Below are positions 38,625-47,687 of a stretch of DNA of 48,530 nt, piece by piece. The stretch comes from a virus (Duplodnaviria > Caudoviricetes). The stretch covers positions 1-48,530 of IMG/VR virus record IMGVR_UViG_3300033489_000014; one strand, 5' to 3'. Below the pieces are notes generated by a model that was not told the origin of the DNA, ran no database searches, and worked only from the letters and a program-made list of their open reading frames with translations. Each line of letters begins with the position of its first letter. Position 1 is the stretch's first letter. Both the position numbers and the translations under genes were made by a program.

Positions 38625-39103
38625 AGTTCTGTCTGAGCAGTTCCTTGACGCATAACAAGTTTCTGCCAGCATTCATGCATCTCATTAACAATAATCGAAG
38701 ATTGCTTCAAAAGAAAGTCTTTAAATAAATGCGCTGCAATAAGTTGTTTATCATCTTCGTACTTAAAAAATAAATGCCTAAGTGTTTCGTTCTTCTTTTC
38801 TTTAACTTCTTTATCAGGATCTTCATCATTAACACTAACTTGCTTCATTTCACTTGCAAAAATATCTTCAATTGAATAACCATCAATTGCACGAATACTA
38901 ATCGCAAGCTGAGAAACTCTAGCACTCATTGCCAAAGTAAACTCATTATCTGCACGCATATGAGAAATTGACCAATTGTTTTCTTTGTCATTCAAAAGTT
39001 TGAATAAATACTTTTTTCCGCGAATTTCAAACTCTTCTTGAAGAAGGAACCCTTTAGATTCATTCTCAATATCTAGCAAAATACTTCTTAGATCTGTAGA
39101 CAT
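38576..39103 (-). CDS. tail assembly chaperone (gpG-like)
   Basis: between tube and tape-measure genes; LAISIRAIDG, YLFKLL; slippery site near the 3' end. Confidence 0.8.
   Translation of the reverse strand: MSTDLRSILLDIENESKGFLLQEEFEIRGKKYLFKLLNDKENNWSISHMRADNEFTLAMSARVSQLAISIRAIDGYSIEDIFASEMKQVSVNDEDPDKEVKEKKNETLRHLFFKYEDDKQLIAAHLFKDFLLKQSSIIVNEMHECWQKLVMRQGTAQTELKNLSGESSGLEEKKN
38618..38624 (-). other. -1 programmed ribosomal frameshift site A-AAA-AAC
   Basis: zero frame CTA AAA AAC (X XXY YYZ); the -1 frame is open to 37869. Confidence 0.8.
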
Positions 39104-39193
39104 TTTCTACTTCTTTCCCCTCTCTTTATTTAAGAGGTTTTGTTTAAATTGATTTGTCCTTAAAAAGGACTATAAGACTAATATACTAAAAGA

Positions 39194-39709
39194 CTAAAAC
39201 CACTCACTTATCTCATTCCATATTTTATTAGCAAGTGCTTCGCCAACTGCAGAAATCTCAGAAGTTTTATATTTCCTTGAATAAACTAAGGTTGCATTTA
39301 CACGAGTAATTTTATCACCATTTGCAGAGTGGTTTCTTCCCAAAGAAGTAAACCAACAACCTGTATATGTCCAAGATTCTTCTGATCCATCAGGCTTTTT
39401 CCATTTCTCATTTATGGTAAGAGGATTTGTCTGATCAGTTAAAACATAAATATTAAAATCAGGACCCCAAGCTTCTTCCATTCTCTTATTAAATAAATCA
39501 AATCGAACTACATTAATAGTGAGATTGCTAATAATTCCTGGAATATTCTCGAAAACATGCCCTGTAGAAGCAGCATTTATTTCATATGTAGGAGTAACTT
39601 GTCTTGATTGTTGAGGTGCCCAATCCTGAATCCTTGCAACTGTTACACCATTAGACCTAATAGTTATTGCATGGTCTGTTCTTGTAGCAGTATTTGGAAT
39701 AAGGTTCAT
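39194..39709 (-). CDS. tail tube protein paralog 2 (with a C-terminal extension of about 24 aa)
   Basis: TRTDHAITIR..ARIQDWAPQQSRQ..CWFTSLGRNHSA, highly similar to 39734..40180. Confidence 0.8.
   Translation of the reverse strand: MNLIPNTATRTDHAITIRSNGVTVARIQDWAPQQSRQVTPTYEINAASTGHVFENIPGIISNLTINVVRFDLFNKRMEEAWGPDFNIYVLTDQTNPLTINEKWKKPDGSEESWTYTGCWFTSLGRNHSANGDKITRVNATLVYSRKYKTSEISAVGEALANKIWNEISEWF
39600..39640. repeat. 41-bp perfect repeat between the two tube genes (other copy 40074..40114)
   Basis: tgtcttgattgttgaggtgcccaatcctgaatccttgcaac at both positions. Confidence 0.9.
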
Positions 39710-39733
39710 TTTGGAATTTGTTTAAAAAGAAGA

Positions 39734-40180
39734 CTAGGATCTTTTCTTATAAAGATAAGCAATAGAAGCATTTACTTTCGTAATTTTATCTCCCCCTGCA
39801 GAGTGATTCCTTCCTAAAGAAGTAAACCAACAATTTTTATAGATCCAAGTTTCCGTAGTTCCATCCGGGTTTGTCCATTTCTCCTGAATGTCAAGAGGAT
39901 TATTTTGATCAGTTAACATAGTAATATCAAAATCCTTACCCCAGGCTTGCTCCATTTTTTTCGTGTACAGATCTACTCTATTAACAGTCATAGTTAGTCC
40001 AGCCAGATTACCAGGAACTAAATCCACAGGAGCGCCACCATTTGATGCATCAAGTTCATAAACAGGAGTAGCCTGTCTTGATTGTTGAGGTGCCCAATCC
40101 TGAATCCTTGCAACAGTTTCGCCATTAGCTCTAATGGTTATCGCATGATCAGTTCTAGTTAGAGTTACGGGAAGTCCCAT
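39734..40180 (-). CDS. tail tube protein paralog 1 (probable major tube)
   Basis: 148 aa, directly after the sheath, strong SD AAGGAG; YKNCWFTS-type tube motif. Confidence 0.85.
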   Translation of the reverse strand: MGLPVTLTRTDHAITIRANGETVARIQDWAPQQSRQATPVYELDASNGGAPVDLVPGNLAGLTMTVNRVDLYTKKMEQAWGKDFDITMLTDQNNPLDIQEKWTNPDGTTETWIYKNCWFTSLGRNHSAGGDKITKVNASIAYLYKKRS

Positions 40181-40199
40181 TTGTTACTCCTTAGTTAAA

Positions 40200-42659
40200 C
40201 TATGCCGTAAAAAACGGATTATCAACAGAATATTCGCCAAAAAACCTCTTGGCAACATATTTCAAATTAAACCAATATTTAAACAGATAAGACCGTGGAT
40301 CTGATGGATCTGGAACACACTTAATATCTGTAAGCAAATTAATGTCCCTAACAGATCCATTAGAGTTTCGATAAGGACCAATATTACCTGCTCCAATTTG
40401 AGAAGTAATCGCAATAGAAATCCAATTCTTAATATCAACTATAAAATCAGTAAGATCATCAGGGGTAACACCCCTGCAATTAGAATCTAAAATACTTCCA
40501 ATTGCTCGTGTAACAGCATCTTTTTGTGCCGAAGAACTTGGCTCCTCAAATTGAATAACTCTACCCCCACCAGCTTCTGTAGTAAGAGGATCAAGCATCA
40601 CAATATTTCCAGCTTCTAGAGTATTAACATTAACACCATTGCCCGCAAGTGTATAGCGCTCAGCTTTCAAATAAGTCTCAAAAGTAGAATCAGTCAAAAA
40701 CCCAGTAATAGTTTTGCCAAGCATACTATATGAAGGTTTTGCTAATGAGACATTAATAGAAGCATCTGCAACAGCAATGTATGAACCATCAAGATCTACA
40801 GTAACTTCACTACCATGCTCCATAGTAACTACGCGAGAGATACTACAAGGAGAACAAAGAATTTGCCTACCACGACCAGTTGAAGTAGCTGCTGCTTGAA
40901 GAGTTCTCGTTGCTCGATAAACTAAAGTATCCGGCGTGTCAGGATCACCAACATCAGTCCCCCTTGCCATTCCGTACCAGCCTCTTCGCCATTTCTTTTC
41001 AGTCAACGAGCACATATTAGCAACATGCCCCATTAACTTAACCGCAGTTGCTTCTGAAGTATCCAAAACAGCAACATCTGTAATTAGGCTTGCTTCTTCA
41101 GCACCATCAATTGCGGTATTAATCTGACTTTGTGTTGGAGTTCCTGGAGCTGTAGAATCATTAATCTGAACAAGGTACAGCGATGCACAACCATTCTCAA
41201 AAGCGATTTCTCCAGCAATTGCCAACTTATTTCGTGGATAATTGGACAAAGTAATTGGCGAAGTATAAGAATACAGTGCATCAGGGCTATAAACTCTGGT
41301 TGGAGTATTATAATCAGTAGTCGGTCTAGTATAGTCGTAAGTACAATAATAACTAGCACCAAATGATGGTCTATTTCCAACACCAAAAGTTTCATACGGA
41401 AGACTCAAAATGGCAATACCAAAAATATTTGGAATAGTAGTAGCAGCAGAATTATATAGCTCAATAGCAGAAGCTTGACCCTTTTCAAAAGGATAATTTT
41501 CGAATTGATGAGGCGCTGTAATAACAACAGTAGTTGCAACAACTGTTGCGCAATAGGCAAATTCTGGACCTACATTTGTATTTAAATAAACATTAATATC
41601 ATTGGCAACCTGTGTAGGAGTTGGTGTACCTGGAATTCCAGAAGTAAGTTGAATTGTCCAAGGCCCTAACCCATTAATTGAAATTTTAATTTCATCATTA
41701 ACCCCAACAGCCATTGGAACCCACGTAGCAGCTAATTGCGTAGTAACTGCTGCCTGACTCCATAAAACCGTATCCCAATCAACTAGATTAGTAGTCTCTT
41801 CAAAATCTGTAGTTTCAACATAGCTTGTTCCACCAGGAAAAGATCCGACAGAAAGAAGATCAATCAGGGGATTAGTTCCATTTGCAAGGGCTAATGGATC
41901 TGTCAAACTATCAATAGAAACGTAGTCAATAGTATAGTCATCAACAGCAGAATACACATAATCTATAACATAAACAACACTAGTCCCTTGAACCCCAAGT
42001 AAAGTAGTAGGTACCCAAGCACCATTACTTACGGTAGAGGCCATGTCAAGATGAACACCAGCAGTTTCAAAAGATAGAAAAATCTTTACATCGGAAGCAG
42101 AAGTGCTAAGTGGACTGGTAATAACTAATCTATCATTAGGAACTGCCCCAGTAATAGTACTAAAAACTGAATTATATGCCGCACCATAGGCAGGAACTGC
42201 AGCCAAAGCAGCATTTAATTCAGTTTTAATAATAACAAGTGTAGTACCCGCACCTTTAGTAGTCAAAGTCAACGTAACAGGATCAATACCATCAAGAGAA
42301 ACCGTTAAAAAGTGCTTAAGAGTAGTATCCATTGCAGCACCACCAACAGCAGTACCTGTCAGTTTGCATGGATCAAACCCCCAATCTCCTAAACCAAGAG
42401 CTTGAGAATTTCGATAAACAACAGCATTATTCCTGTCTCTATTTGAGACCTGAAGAAGAGTATCAATATGTGGTGATCCCGCCGAAAGAGTTAGAATCTC
42501 CGAATAAACTTTTCCTCGAATAACTGTTTCGTCTGTCACCCTCTTAGTTCTAGGAGCAATACCAACTAGACACAAAGTTCTATCTGACACTGTAGAAGTG
42601 GCACCTGGAACAATTCGTTCTGTTATATAAGTTCCTGGGTCAACGTATGATGAAACCAT
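40200..42659 (-). CDS. contractile tail sheath protein
   Basis: N-terminal YVDPGTYITE; C-terminal LAGNGVN..DPSDPRSYLFKYWFNLKYVAKRF; internal insertion domains. Confidence 0.9.
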   Translation of the reverse strand: MVSSYVDPGTYITERIVPGATSTVSDRTLCLVGIAPRTKRVTDETVIRGKVYSEILTLSAGSPHIDTLLQVSNRDRNNAVVYRNSQALGLGDWGFDPCKLTGTAVGGAAMDTTLKHFLTVSLDGIDPVTLTLTTKGAGTTLVIIKTELNAALAAVPAYGAAYNSVFSTITGAVPNDRLVITSPLSTSASDVKIFLSFETAGVHLDMASTVSNGAWVPTTLLGVQGTSVVYVIDYVYSAVDDYTIDYVSIDSLTDPLALANGTNPLIDLLSVGSFPGGTSYVETTDFEETTNLVDWDTVLWSQAAVTTQLAATWVPMAVGVNDEIKISINGLGPWTIQLTSGIPGTPTPTQVANDINVYLNTNVGPEFAYCATVVATTVVITAPHQFENYPFEKGQASAIELYNSAATTIPNIFGIAILSLPYETFGVGNRPSFGASYYCTYDYTRPTTDYNTPTRVYSPDALYSYTSPITLSNYPRNKLAIAGEIAFENGCASLYLVQINDSTAPGTPTQSQINTAIDGAEEASLITDVAVLDTSEATAVKLMGHVANMCSLTEKKWRRGWYGMARGTDVGDPDTPDTLVYRATRTLQAAATSTGRGRQILCSPCSISRVVTMEHGSEVTVDLDGSYIAVADASINVSLAKPSYSMLGKTITGFLTDSTFETYLKAERYTLAGNGVNVNTLEAGNIVMLDPLTTEAGGGRVIQFEEPSSSAQKDAVTRAIGSILDSNCRGVTPDDLTDFIVDIKNWISIAITSQIGAGNIGPYRNSNGSVRDINLLTDIKCVPDPSDPRSYLFKYWFNLKYVAKRFFGEYSVDNPFFTA

Positions 42660-42742
42660 GTTTTTACCTCTTCTAAAAAATAAAGTTTTCTACCTCAGAT
42701 AAATATTATAACCTACCCATTGTTGGAAAAATTAAATGAAGA

Positions 42743-43903
42743 TTATCTATGCAAAAAATCCTCTCCAAAATAATCCCCGGTAGGGATTGAATCAGTAGGA
42801 TTAACATTTCTGCTTAACAAAAATCTAGGCTCCGCAACAAGATTTCTATCAATAAAATCCTCTATAAAAATTGGAACAGAACCCCTAATAGCATAAATAT
42901 GTTCGTACTGCTCCCCACCTTGACGTGATCTTGTTATCTCACTAGACCAAGAAAATTGATTTTTAAAAATGATATGAAACCATTCCGTAGGATCTAAATC
43001 CCTATCAAAATAACTTCTCCCCAAAAATTGAAATCTACGTTTTTCCATATAAAATACTAAAAAATCAAACACAAGATCTGCCAACTCTGTCCTTGTATTT
43101 AAAGAATCTGAAACAACATCAATATTAATTGTCATATCTCCTACTACTTCATATCTGTTTTTAGGGGGATTTGAAACACTTAAATAATCATCTGAATCGC
43201 CAATATTAAAGCCCAAAAGATTTAATAAAGAAGGAGATCCGTCAGTTACTTCAATATAGTTTGGTGTTCCCCTTGCACAAACTCCTCCTGCTGAAATTCT
43301 TAATTTATCTCCTGTTGCAATTGAACACGTATAATAAAGTGCTTGTGTTCTATTTATTGCTTCTGCTAATTCAGTTGTAGAAACATTTGTATAATCAACA
43401 AAAATTCCCTTATCAAAAATAATTGTAGAAACTGTTCTACTAGCAGAATCCCCTAAAGGATAAGTAATAATTTCTAAATACCAGGCTTCTCCAACACCAT
43501 AATCTAAATTAAAAGGACCTGCCTTATCACTAACTATTGAAGGAGCATACTGAACATTGGCTAAAAAGTTACTTCCAATGCTCATTTTCTTCTCTCTCAA
43601 ATTCATTCCTGTAACAGCAATCATAGGGTATTTATCAGGAGTATCACCATAACTCATAATCAAATCAACAACAGTTTCTAAAGAATTTTCGCCAGACGTT
43701 GCACCAAGAGCAAATTTTTGAATTGTAGGAATTTCAGAAATTTTTGTAAGAGCATCTGTTGTTTTATACGAAAAAAAATTCTTCAACTCCCATGCAAAAG
43801 CATCTTTTGCTGTCTCAATTAATTGTGCAAATTTTGGCGGATCAGTAGCATCATAAGGCTGAGTGGAAACATATTTTCTATCATATAAATTTTCTATAGC
43901 CAT
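42743..43903 (-). CDS. tail terminator/completion protein (gp15-like) with an insertion
   Basis: YPMIAVT..MTINIDVVSDSLNTRTELADLV; position just upstream of the sheath. Confidence 0.65.
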   Translation of the reverse strand: MAIENLYDRKYVSTQPYDATDPPKFAQLIETAKDAFAWELKNFFSYKTTDALTKISEIPTIQKFALGATSGENSLETVVDLIMSYGDTPDKYPMIAVTGMNLREKKMSIGSNFLANVQYAPSIVSDKAGPFNLDYGVGEAWYLEIITYPLGDSASRTVSTIIFDKGIFVDYTNVSTTELAEAINRTQALYYTCSIATGDKLRISAGGVCARGTPNYIEVTDGSPSLLNLLGFNIGDSDDYLSVSNPPKNRYEVVGDMTINIDVVSDSLNTRTELADLVFDFLVFYMEKRRFQFLGRSYFDRDLDPTEWFHIIFKNQFSWSSEITRSRQGGEQYEHIYAIRGSVPIFIEDFIDRNLVAEPRFLLSRNVNPTDSIPTGDYFGEDFLHR

Positions 43904-43909
43904 TTTATA

Positions 43910-44944
43910 CTACCAAATCAAAGATTTTGGTCCAACAGAATCTTCTTCGCGAATATTAAAAGATTGTGTCACAATTACATACCCACCAGGATCACTTAAT
44001 TGCCAATTCATTATTACAAATACTTTATTCTTTAAAACACCTTCCAAAAACTTAATAACAACATAAGAACTATCCAATAATTCATCAGGCGTTCCTCTCA
44101 CAATACTTGGATCAAAATATGACAAACCTACTGTCCAAAAATTTATTCCTGAAGTATTTGGAATATCCCCATATTCACTTTTCAAAATATTATTGTAAGG
44201 CTTTGACGACATTATTTTAATAAAAGGTCCAAAAGAATAAGAGCCATCACTTCGCAAATCTCTATAATCTATTCGCGAAAACCTTGCTCGAACTATTTCG
44301 AAAAACGGTGTAAGAACATTTATAGAATCTCTTGTCAAAGTAGCTCTAAAACGTATTACACCTGTGCTAGGATTTTCTGTTGAAAGATCGCTAATTGGTT
44401 TCCATATTAAACCAGAATCTAAAGAGTACTCCACAACTACATTGGACTGATCAGCAATTCGAATAAATTGAACAGCCTCAGATTCCCAAACTGATCCAAT
44501 AGCAGTTCTTGAAAATATTTTATTCGAACTTTCTATAGTCCCGGTTAAAACCCCTGAAATTAGACCAGCTTTAGACGATTTAAAATCTGTAACTATTTCG
44601 CAATTTGTTAGTACAATATCACTATCTTCAACACTCATCCATAGAGTTTCATACCCAAATTTCAAATATCCTGGAACAAATCCCTCCATGTTTCCATAAC
44701 ATGTTTTACATTTTCTGTCAGATGATCTATTTGACTCTTTATAACAATTACACTTATTACCTGATTTTACACCGACCCATAAATCAGCCCTAATACTAGA
44801 TCCTTCAATCTGATCTTGCAATAGGGCTACTTGTCTATTATACTCCTGTTCTTCTGCTAAACGCTTATAAACAGATCTTCCCCAATATCCTGTAACAGAT
44901 CTTCCTAAACCTTTGCAGCCTTCCCCTGTTATACTACAAGCCAT
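43910..44944 (-). CDS. neck / head-closure protein with a Cys4 motif
   Basis: CNC..CKTCYG..GFVPGY; position between adaptor and terminator. Confidence 0.55.
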   Translation of the reverse strand: MACSITGEGCKGLGRSVTGYWGRSVYKRLAEEQEYNRQVALLQDQIEGSSIRADLWVGVKSGNKCNCYKESNRSSDRKCKTCYGNMEGFVPGYLKFGYETLWMSVEDSDIVLTNCEIVTDFKSSKAGLISGVLTGTIESSNKIFSRTAIGSVWESEAVQFIRIADQSNVVVEYSLDSGLIWKPISDLSTENPSTGVIRFRATLTRDSINVLTPFFEIVRARFSRIDYRDLRSDGSYSFGPFIKIMSSKPYNNILKSEYGDIPNTSGINFWTVGLSYFDPSIVRGTPDELLDSSYVVIKFLEGVLKNKVFVIMNWQLSDPGGYVIVTQSFNIREEDSVGPKSLIW

Positions 44945-44947
44945 TAT

Positions 44948-45115
44948 TTAGCGACCTTCTAACAATAAATCAAAAAGTTCCTTTAACGATCTTTTTTCAT
45001 GTACATCATTTATTCGATCTACAAAAATAGAAAGCAAAACAGGATCAACTAAATTAGCAAATTTAATATTTTCCTCTTTTACAGGATCATTAAGATCTAC
45101 TCTAATTTCTTTCAT
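44948..45115 (-). CDS. 55-aa hypothetical protein (not in ORF track)
   Basis: MKEIRVDLNDPVKEENIKFANLVDPVLLSIFVDRINDVHEKRSLKELFDLLLEGR fills the gap, 3 nt from each neighbour. Confidence 0.65.
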   Translation of the reverse strand: MKEIRVDLNDPVKEENIKFANLVDPVLLSIFVDRINDVHEKRSLKELFDLLLEGR

Positions 45116-45118
45116 TGA

Positions 45119-46030
45119 CTAAGTTCCAGACATGAAAGCGTTCCTAAACAAGGCGCCTGAAGGAGCTGAAGAAAGTAACATGTACCAAGACCAACCTAAA
45201 CGCATTTCAACACCAACCGCTCCCCAATGTATATAATGCATCTTAAATTCTCGAACCTGTTTTTCGAGTTCTTGGGCAAGAGCATCTCGTACACTTTTTA
45301 TTTGAGTTGCATGAGTAATTACAAAAGCGTGTCCTTGATCAGAAAAAGAAGGAATATCTGTATCAATTGCAAAAACTAATTGTGCAAATAGACCATCATA
45401 AACCGCACATTTAAGCAATACATTTAAACCACGATCCAAAGGGAATTGATCAAGGCTTTGCCAACCTACATAAGGCTGCCTTCCATTTATATACGACAAT
45501 CCTAAATTAAGAAACGCTACAAGATTAGAATCTGAATATCCCAAATTGCAATACACTTCTTGATTAAGTACTTTCAAACTTTTATCTATTTGCAACCTTA
45601 AATAAGGGAGTATTGCGAGAACCTTTGGCGGTGTAACTTCTATAACCTGCGTTCTATAGAAATCTTCTTCGCCAAAATCTTTTCGCAAATGCCAGTTAAA
45701 TAATAAAGTTCCTGACAATGAGGTTTCAGTAGAATTAACCCCCCAATGAATCTGGTATTTTCCTGTTGAGGGGTGTGAAACTCTAAGCAATTCAGGGCTA
45801 ATAGAAGGAGGAAAATAGGATTCAGAATACAAAATATCCCCATCTATTGTAGTAACCTGAAGATCTAGAGCACCTCTAGGTGTATTTGTATTATCATATT
45901 GTTCGACAATATCAACAGGGTTTCCTTGATCATCCTGAAAAATTATAAAAATATATCGAACAGAATTTGTTCGAGTCATCTCAACATGATCCAACGAAGA
46001 TGGAGAAGAAAGTTTTGGCTGGATTATCAA
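45119..46030 (-). CDS. head-tail adaptor/neck protein (Ig-like N-terminus plus helical adaptor domain)
   Basis: STGKYQIHW Ig-like strand; LRLQIDK..YSDSNLVAFLNLGLSYIN..FSDQG helical adaptor pattern. Confidence 0.6.
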   Translation of the reverse strand: MIIQPKLSSPSSLDHVEMTRTNSVRYIFIIFQDDQGNPVDIVEQYDNTNTPRGALDLQVTTIDGDILYSESYFPPSISPELLRVSHPSTGKYQIHWGVNSTETSLSGTLLFNWHLRKDFGEEDFYRTQVIEVTPPKVLAILPYLRLQIDKSLKVLNQEVYCNLGYSDSNLVAFLNLGLSYINGRQPYVGWQSLDQFPLDRGLNVLLKCAVYDGLFAQLVFAIDTDIPSFSDQGHAFVITHATQIKSVRDALAQELEKQVREFKMHYIHWGAVGVEMRLGWSWYMLLSSAPSGALFRNAFMSGT

Positions 46031-46034
46031 TTGA

Positions 46035-46412
46035 TTAACTCCCCAATACTAAAACCTCTACAGTTGCCGGCAAAAGAGTTGCTTCTACCGATAGTGCAGT
46101 AACATCAGCAAGATGCATCAAAATAAACCCGCCAACACCTAAACTAAAAGTGTCAGATCCACTTGACAAAATAACATCAAGAGGTTGATCTGTTCCAACA
46201 TATAAAAGATCACCAGAAGCAATTGTTCCAAAGGAAATCAAAGTAGGTGCTCCAGTGGGAACTTTGAATGTATTAGAAAATTTTTCATCAAATATTAAAG
46301 TTAAAGGAGAAGATGCAGAAACAATTTCAGGAGATCCAACTAATAAAGTTCCATTCGATCCACCTGAAGATACTGGATAAACAACCGATCCCGTAATAGT
46401 TGCTGTTCCCAT
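46035..46412 (-). CDS. small beta-rich probable virion protein
   Basis: Gly/Ser/Thr/Val-rich; SD GAGG; heads the neck-tail operon. Confidence 0.55.
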   Translation of the reverse strand: MGTATITGSVVYPVSSGGSNGTLLVGSPEIVSASSPLTLIFDEKFSNTFKVPTGAPTLISFGTIASGDLLYVGTDQPLDVILSSGSDTFSLGVGGFILMHLADVTALSVEATLLPATVEVLVLGS

Positions 46413-46504
46413 TTTTATTTTACCTCTCTCAAAATGAGTTAATAAACCTCTTTTATAAAGATTATACTATAAAGATTTTTGAAAAGATTTAAACGAAAAG
46501 AATA

Positions 46505-46939
46505 TTATTGATGCAAGCTGTAGCTAATACCAACACAAGCAGCGCCACCTAAAATAAATCCTAAAACAAAAATAAGAGTAGGTGATTTATACCAAGATTG
46601 TTCTTTACTAAGTTCATCTCTCAACCCTTTAGTTTCAGCAATTCTCAATTTCTCAGAATTCTCCAAAGCACTTTTATATTTATCACTAATCTTTTCCGTA
46701 ATATCTACATTTAATTTAAGTTGGGAAATTTTTAGTTCCTGAAGTTCAATCTTCATTTCAAGCTTTGGGATCTTCTCATCTTTCAATAGTTTCAATTCAG
46801 TAACATCTTCTAAAATTCTTGTTGCAGTATTTTCGTCAAACCAGATCCCGTCAACGCCTTTGTAATTGAGAATTACTTTATCTGCAAATGAATTGAATGA
46901 AAATAATAAAATGAGAAAAAATACAAGAAATTTTTGCAT
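46505..46939 (-). CDS. exported coiled-coil protein with C-terminal hydrophobic helix (possible spanin partner)
   Basis: signal peptide MQKFLVFFLILLFSFNSFA without Cys; coiled coil; C-terminal LIFVLGFILGGAACVGI. Confidence 0.55.
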   Translation of the reverse strand: MQKFLVFFLILLFSFNSFADKVILNYKGVDGIWFDENTATRILEDVTELKLLKDEKIPKLEMKIELQELKISQLKLNVDITEKISDKYKSALENSEKLRIAETKGLRDELSKEQSWYKSPTLIFVLGFILGGAACVGISYSLHQ

Positions 46940-46963
46940 GACCTTCCTTTTTACTAAATTTGA

Positions 46964-47329
46964 TTAATACCCTAGATCGTTGAACTTCTGAAACTTCTCT
47001 TCTAGAGTAAGACTAGCAATAGCTTCTTTATGCTTCTCTATTTTTTGATTTGCTGCTTCAATTTGTAAATCTACTCGTTGAATCTCTTCTTCTGTAACTT
47101 CTGTTTGTGCTTCTATTTCCTTTTTTTTGGCTTCTAGTACTGCAACTTCTTTTTTATTTTTTGCCAACTCTAACTTAGAAAGTCTAATCAACTCTTTTAT
47201 AGAGTCTTTTTTAGTACAGAATACGGAAATAATTGCAATAATAATTGCTAAACCACCAGCAATAACCTTCCAATGTTTCCTGATAAAAGAAAAAACCTTT
47301 TGCAATACTTTCTTAGACTTCGCTAACAT
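46964..47329 (-). CDS. i-spanin (Rz)-like membrane protein
   Basis: basic N-terminus, one TM (VIAGGLAIIIAIISVF), long coiled coil; start moved to ATG 47329 behind GAGG. Confidence 0.6.
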   Translation of the reverse strand: MLAKSKKVLQKVFSFIRKHWKVIAGGLAIIIAIISVFCTKKDSIKELIRLSKLELAKNKKEVAVLEAKKKEIEAQTEVTEEEIQRVDLQIEAANQKIEKHKEAIASLTLEEKFQKFNDLGY

Positions 47330-47663
47330 CCGTTTCCTCGTCAACTTTATCCTCTTCAATCGCGGCTAAAATTGGTTTTGCAACCGAAACTTTAGAAAGA
47401 GTAACTGTAACTGACTTATAAATAATGTGCGAAACAGCCCCTAACCCCCCACCTACTAAAAGTCTTTCCGCCAATGAAATATCAGAAAATAATAAACCAC
47501 CAAACATCCCCAAAAATAATGGAATAAAATGAATAATCCTTTGCCCAATATTCCCCTGAAAAAATGGAACAAAGTTTTTTAATCCCTGCATTACAAACGC
47601 AATAATTACGGGAAGTGCAACATAGGCACCATACTCTTTAAATAATTTTAACAGTTCTTCCAT
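47313..47663 (-). CDS. putative holin
   Basis: 116 aa, three hydrophobic segments, charged tail, next to spanin-like genes. Confidence 0.6.
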   Translation of the reverse strand: MEELLKLFKEYGAYVALPVIIAFVMQGLKNFVPFFQGNIGQRIIHFIPLFLGMFGGLLFSDISLAERLLVGGGLGAVSHIIYKSVTVTLSKVSVAKPILAAIEEDKVDEETDVSEV

Positions 47664-47687
47664 GATTTTTACCTTTCTTTTATAGAA

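Noticed and set aside
39156-39170. Hairpin GTCCTT-nnn-AAGGAC after tube gene 2 as a terminator
   Set aside because: Only a 6-bp stem with a 3-nt loop and no U-tract on the coding strand.
42690-42742. Sigma70 promoter upstream of the sheath gene
   Set aside because: TATAAT is present on the coding strand but there is no credible -35 at 16-18 bp; insufficient on its own.
15653-46412. Tail cluster as a bacterial eCIS, tailocin or T6SS
   Set aside because: Contiguous with phage replication genes and neck/adaptor genes; no Afp15-like ATPase, T6SS membrane complex or host genes.
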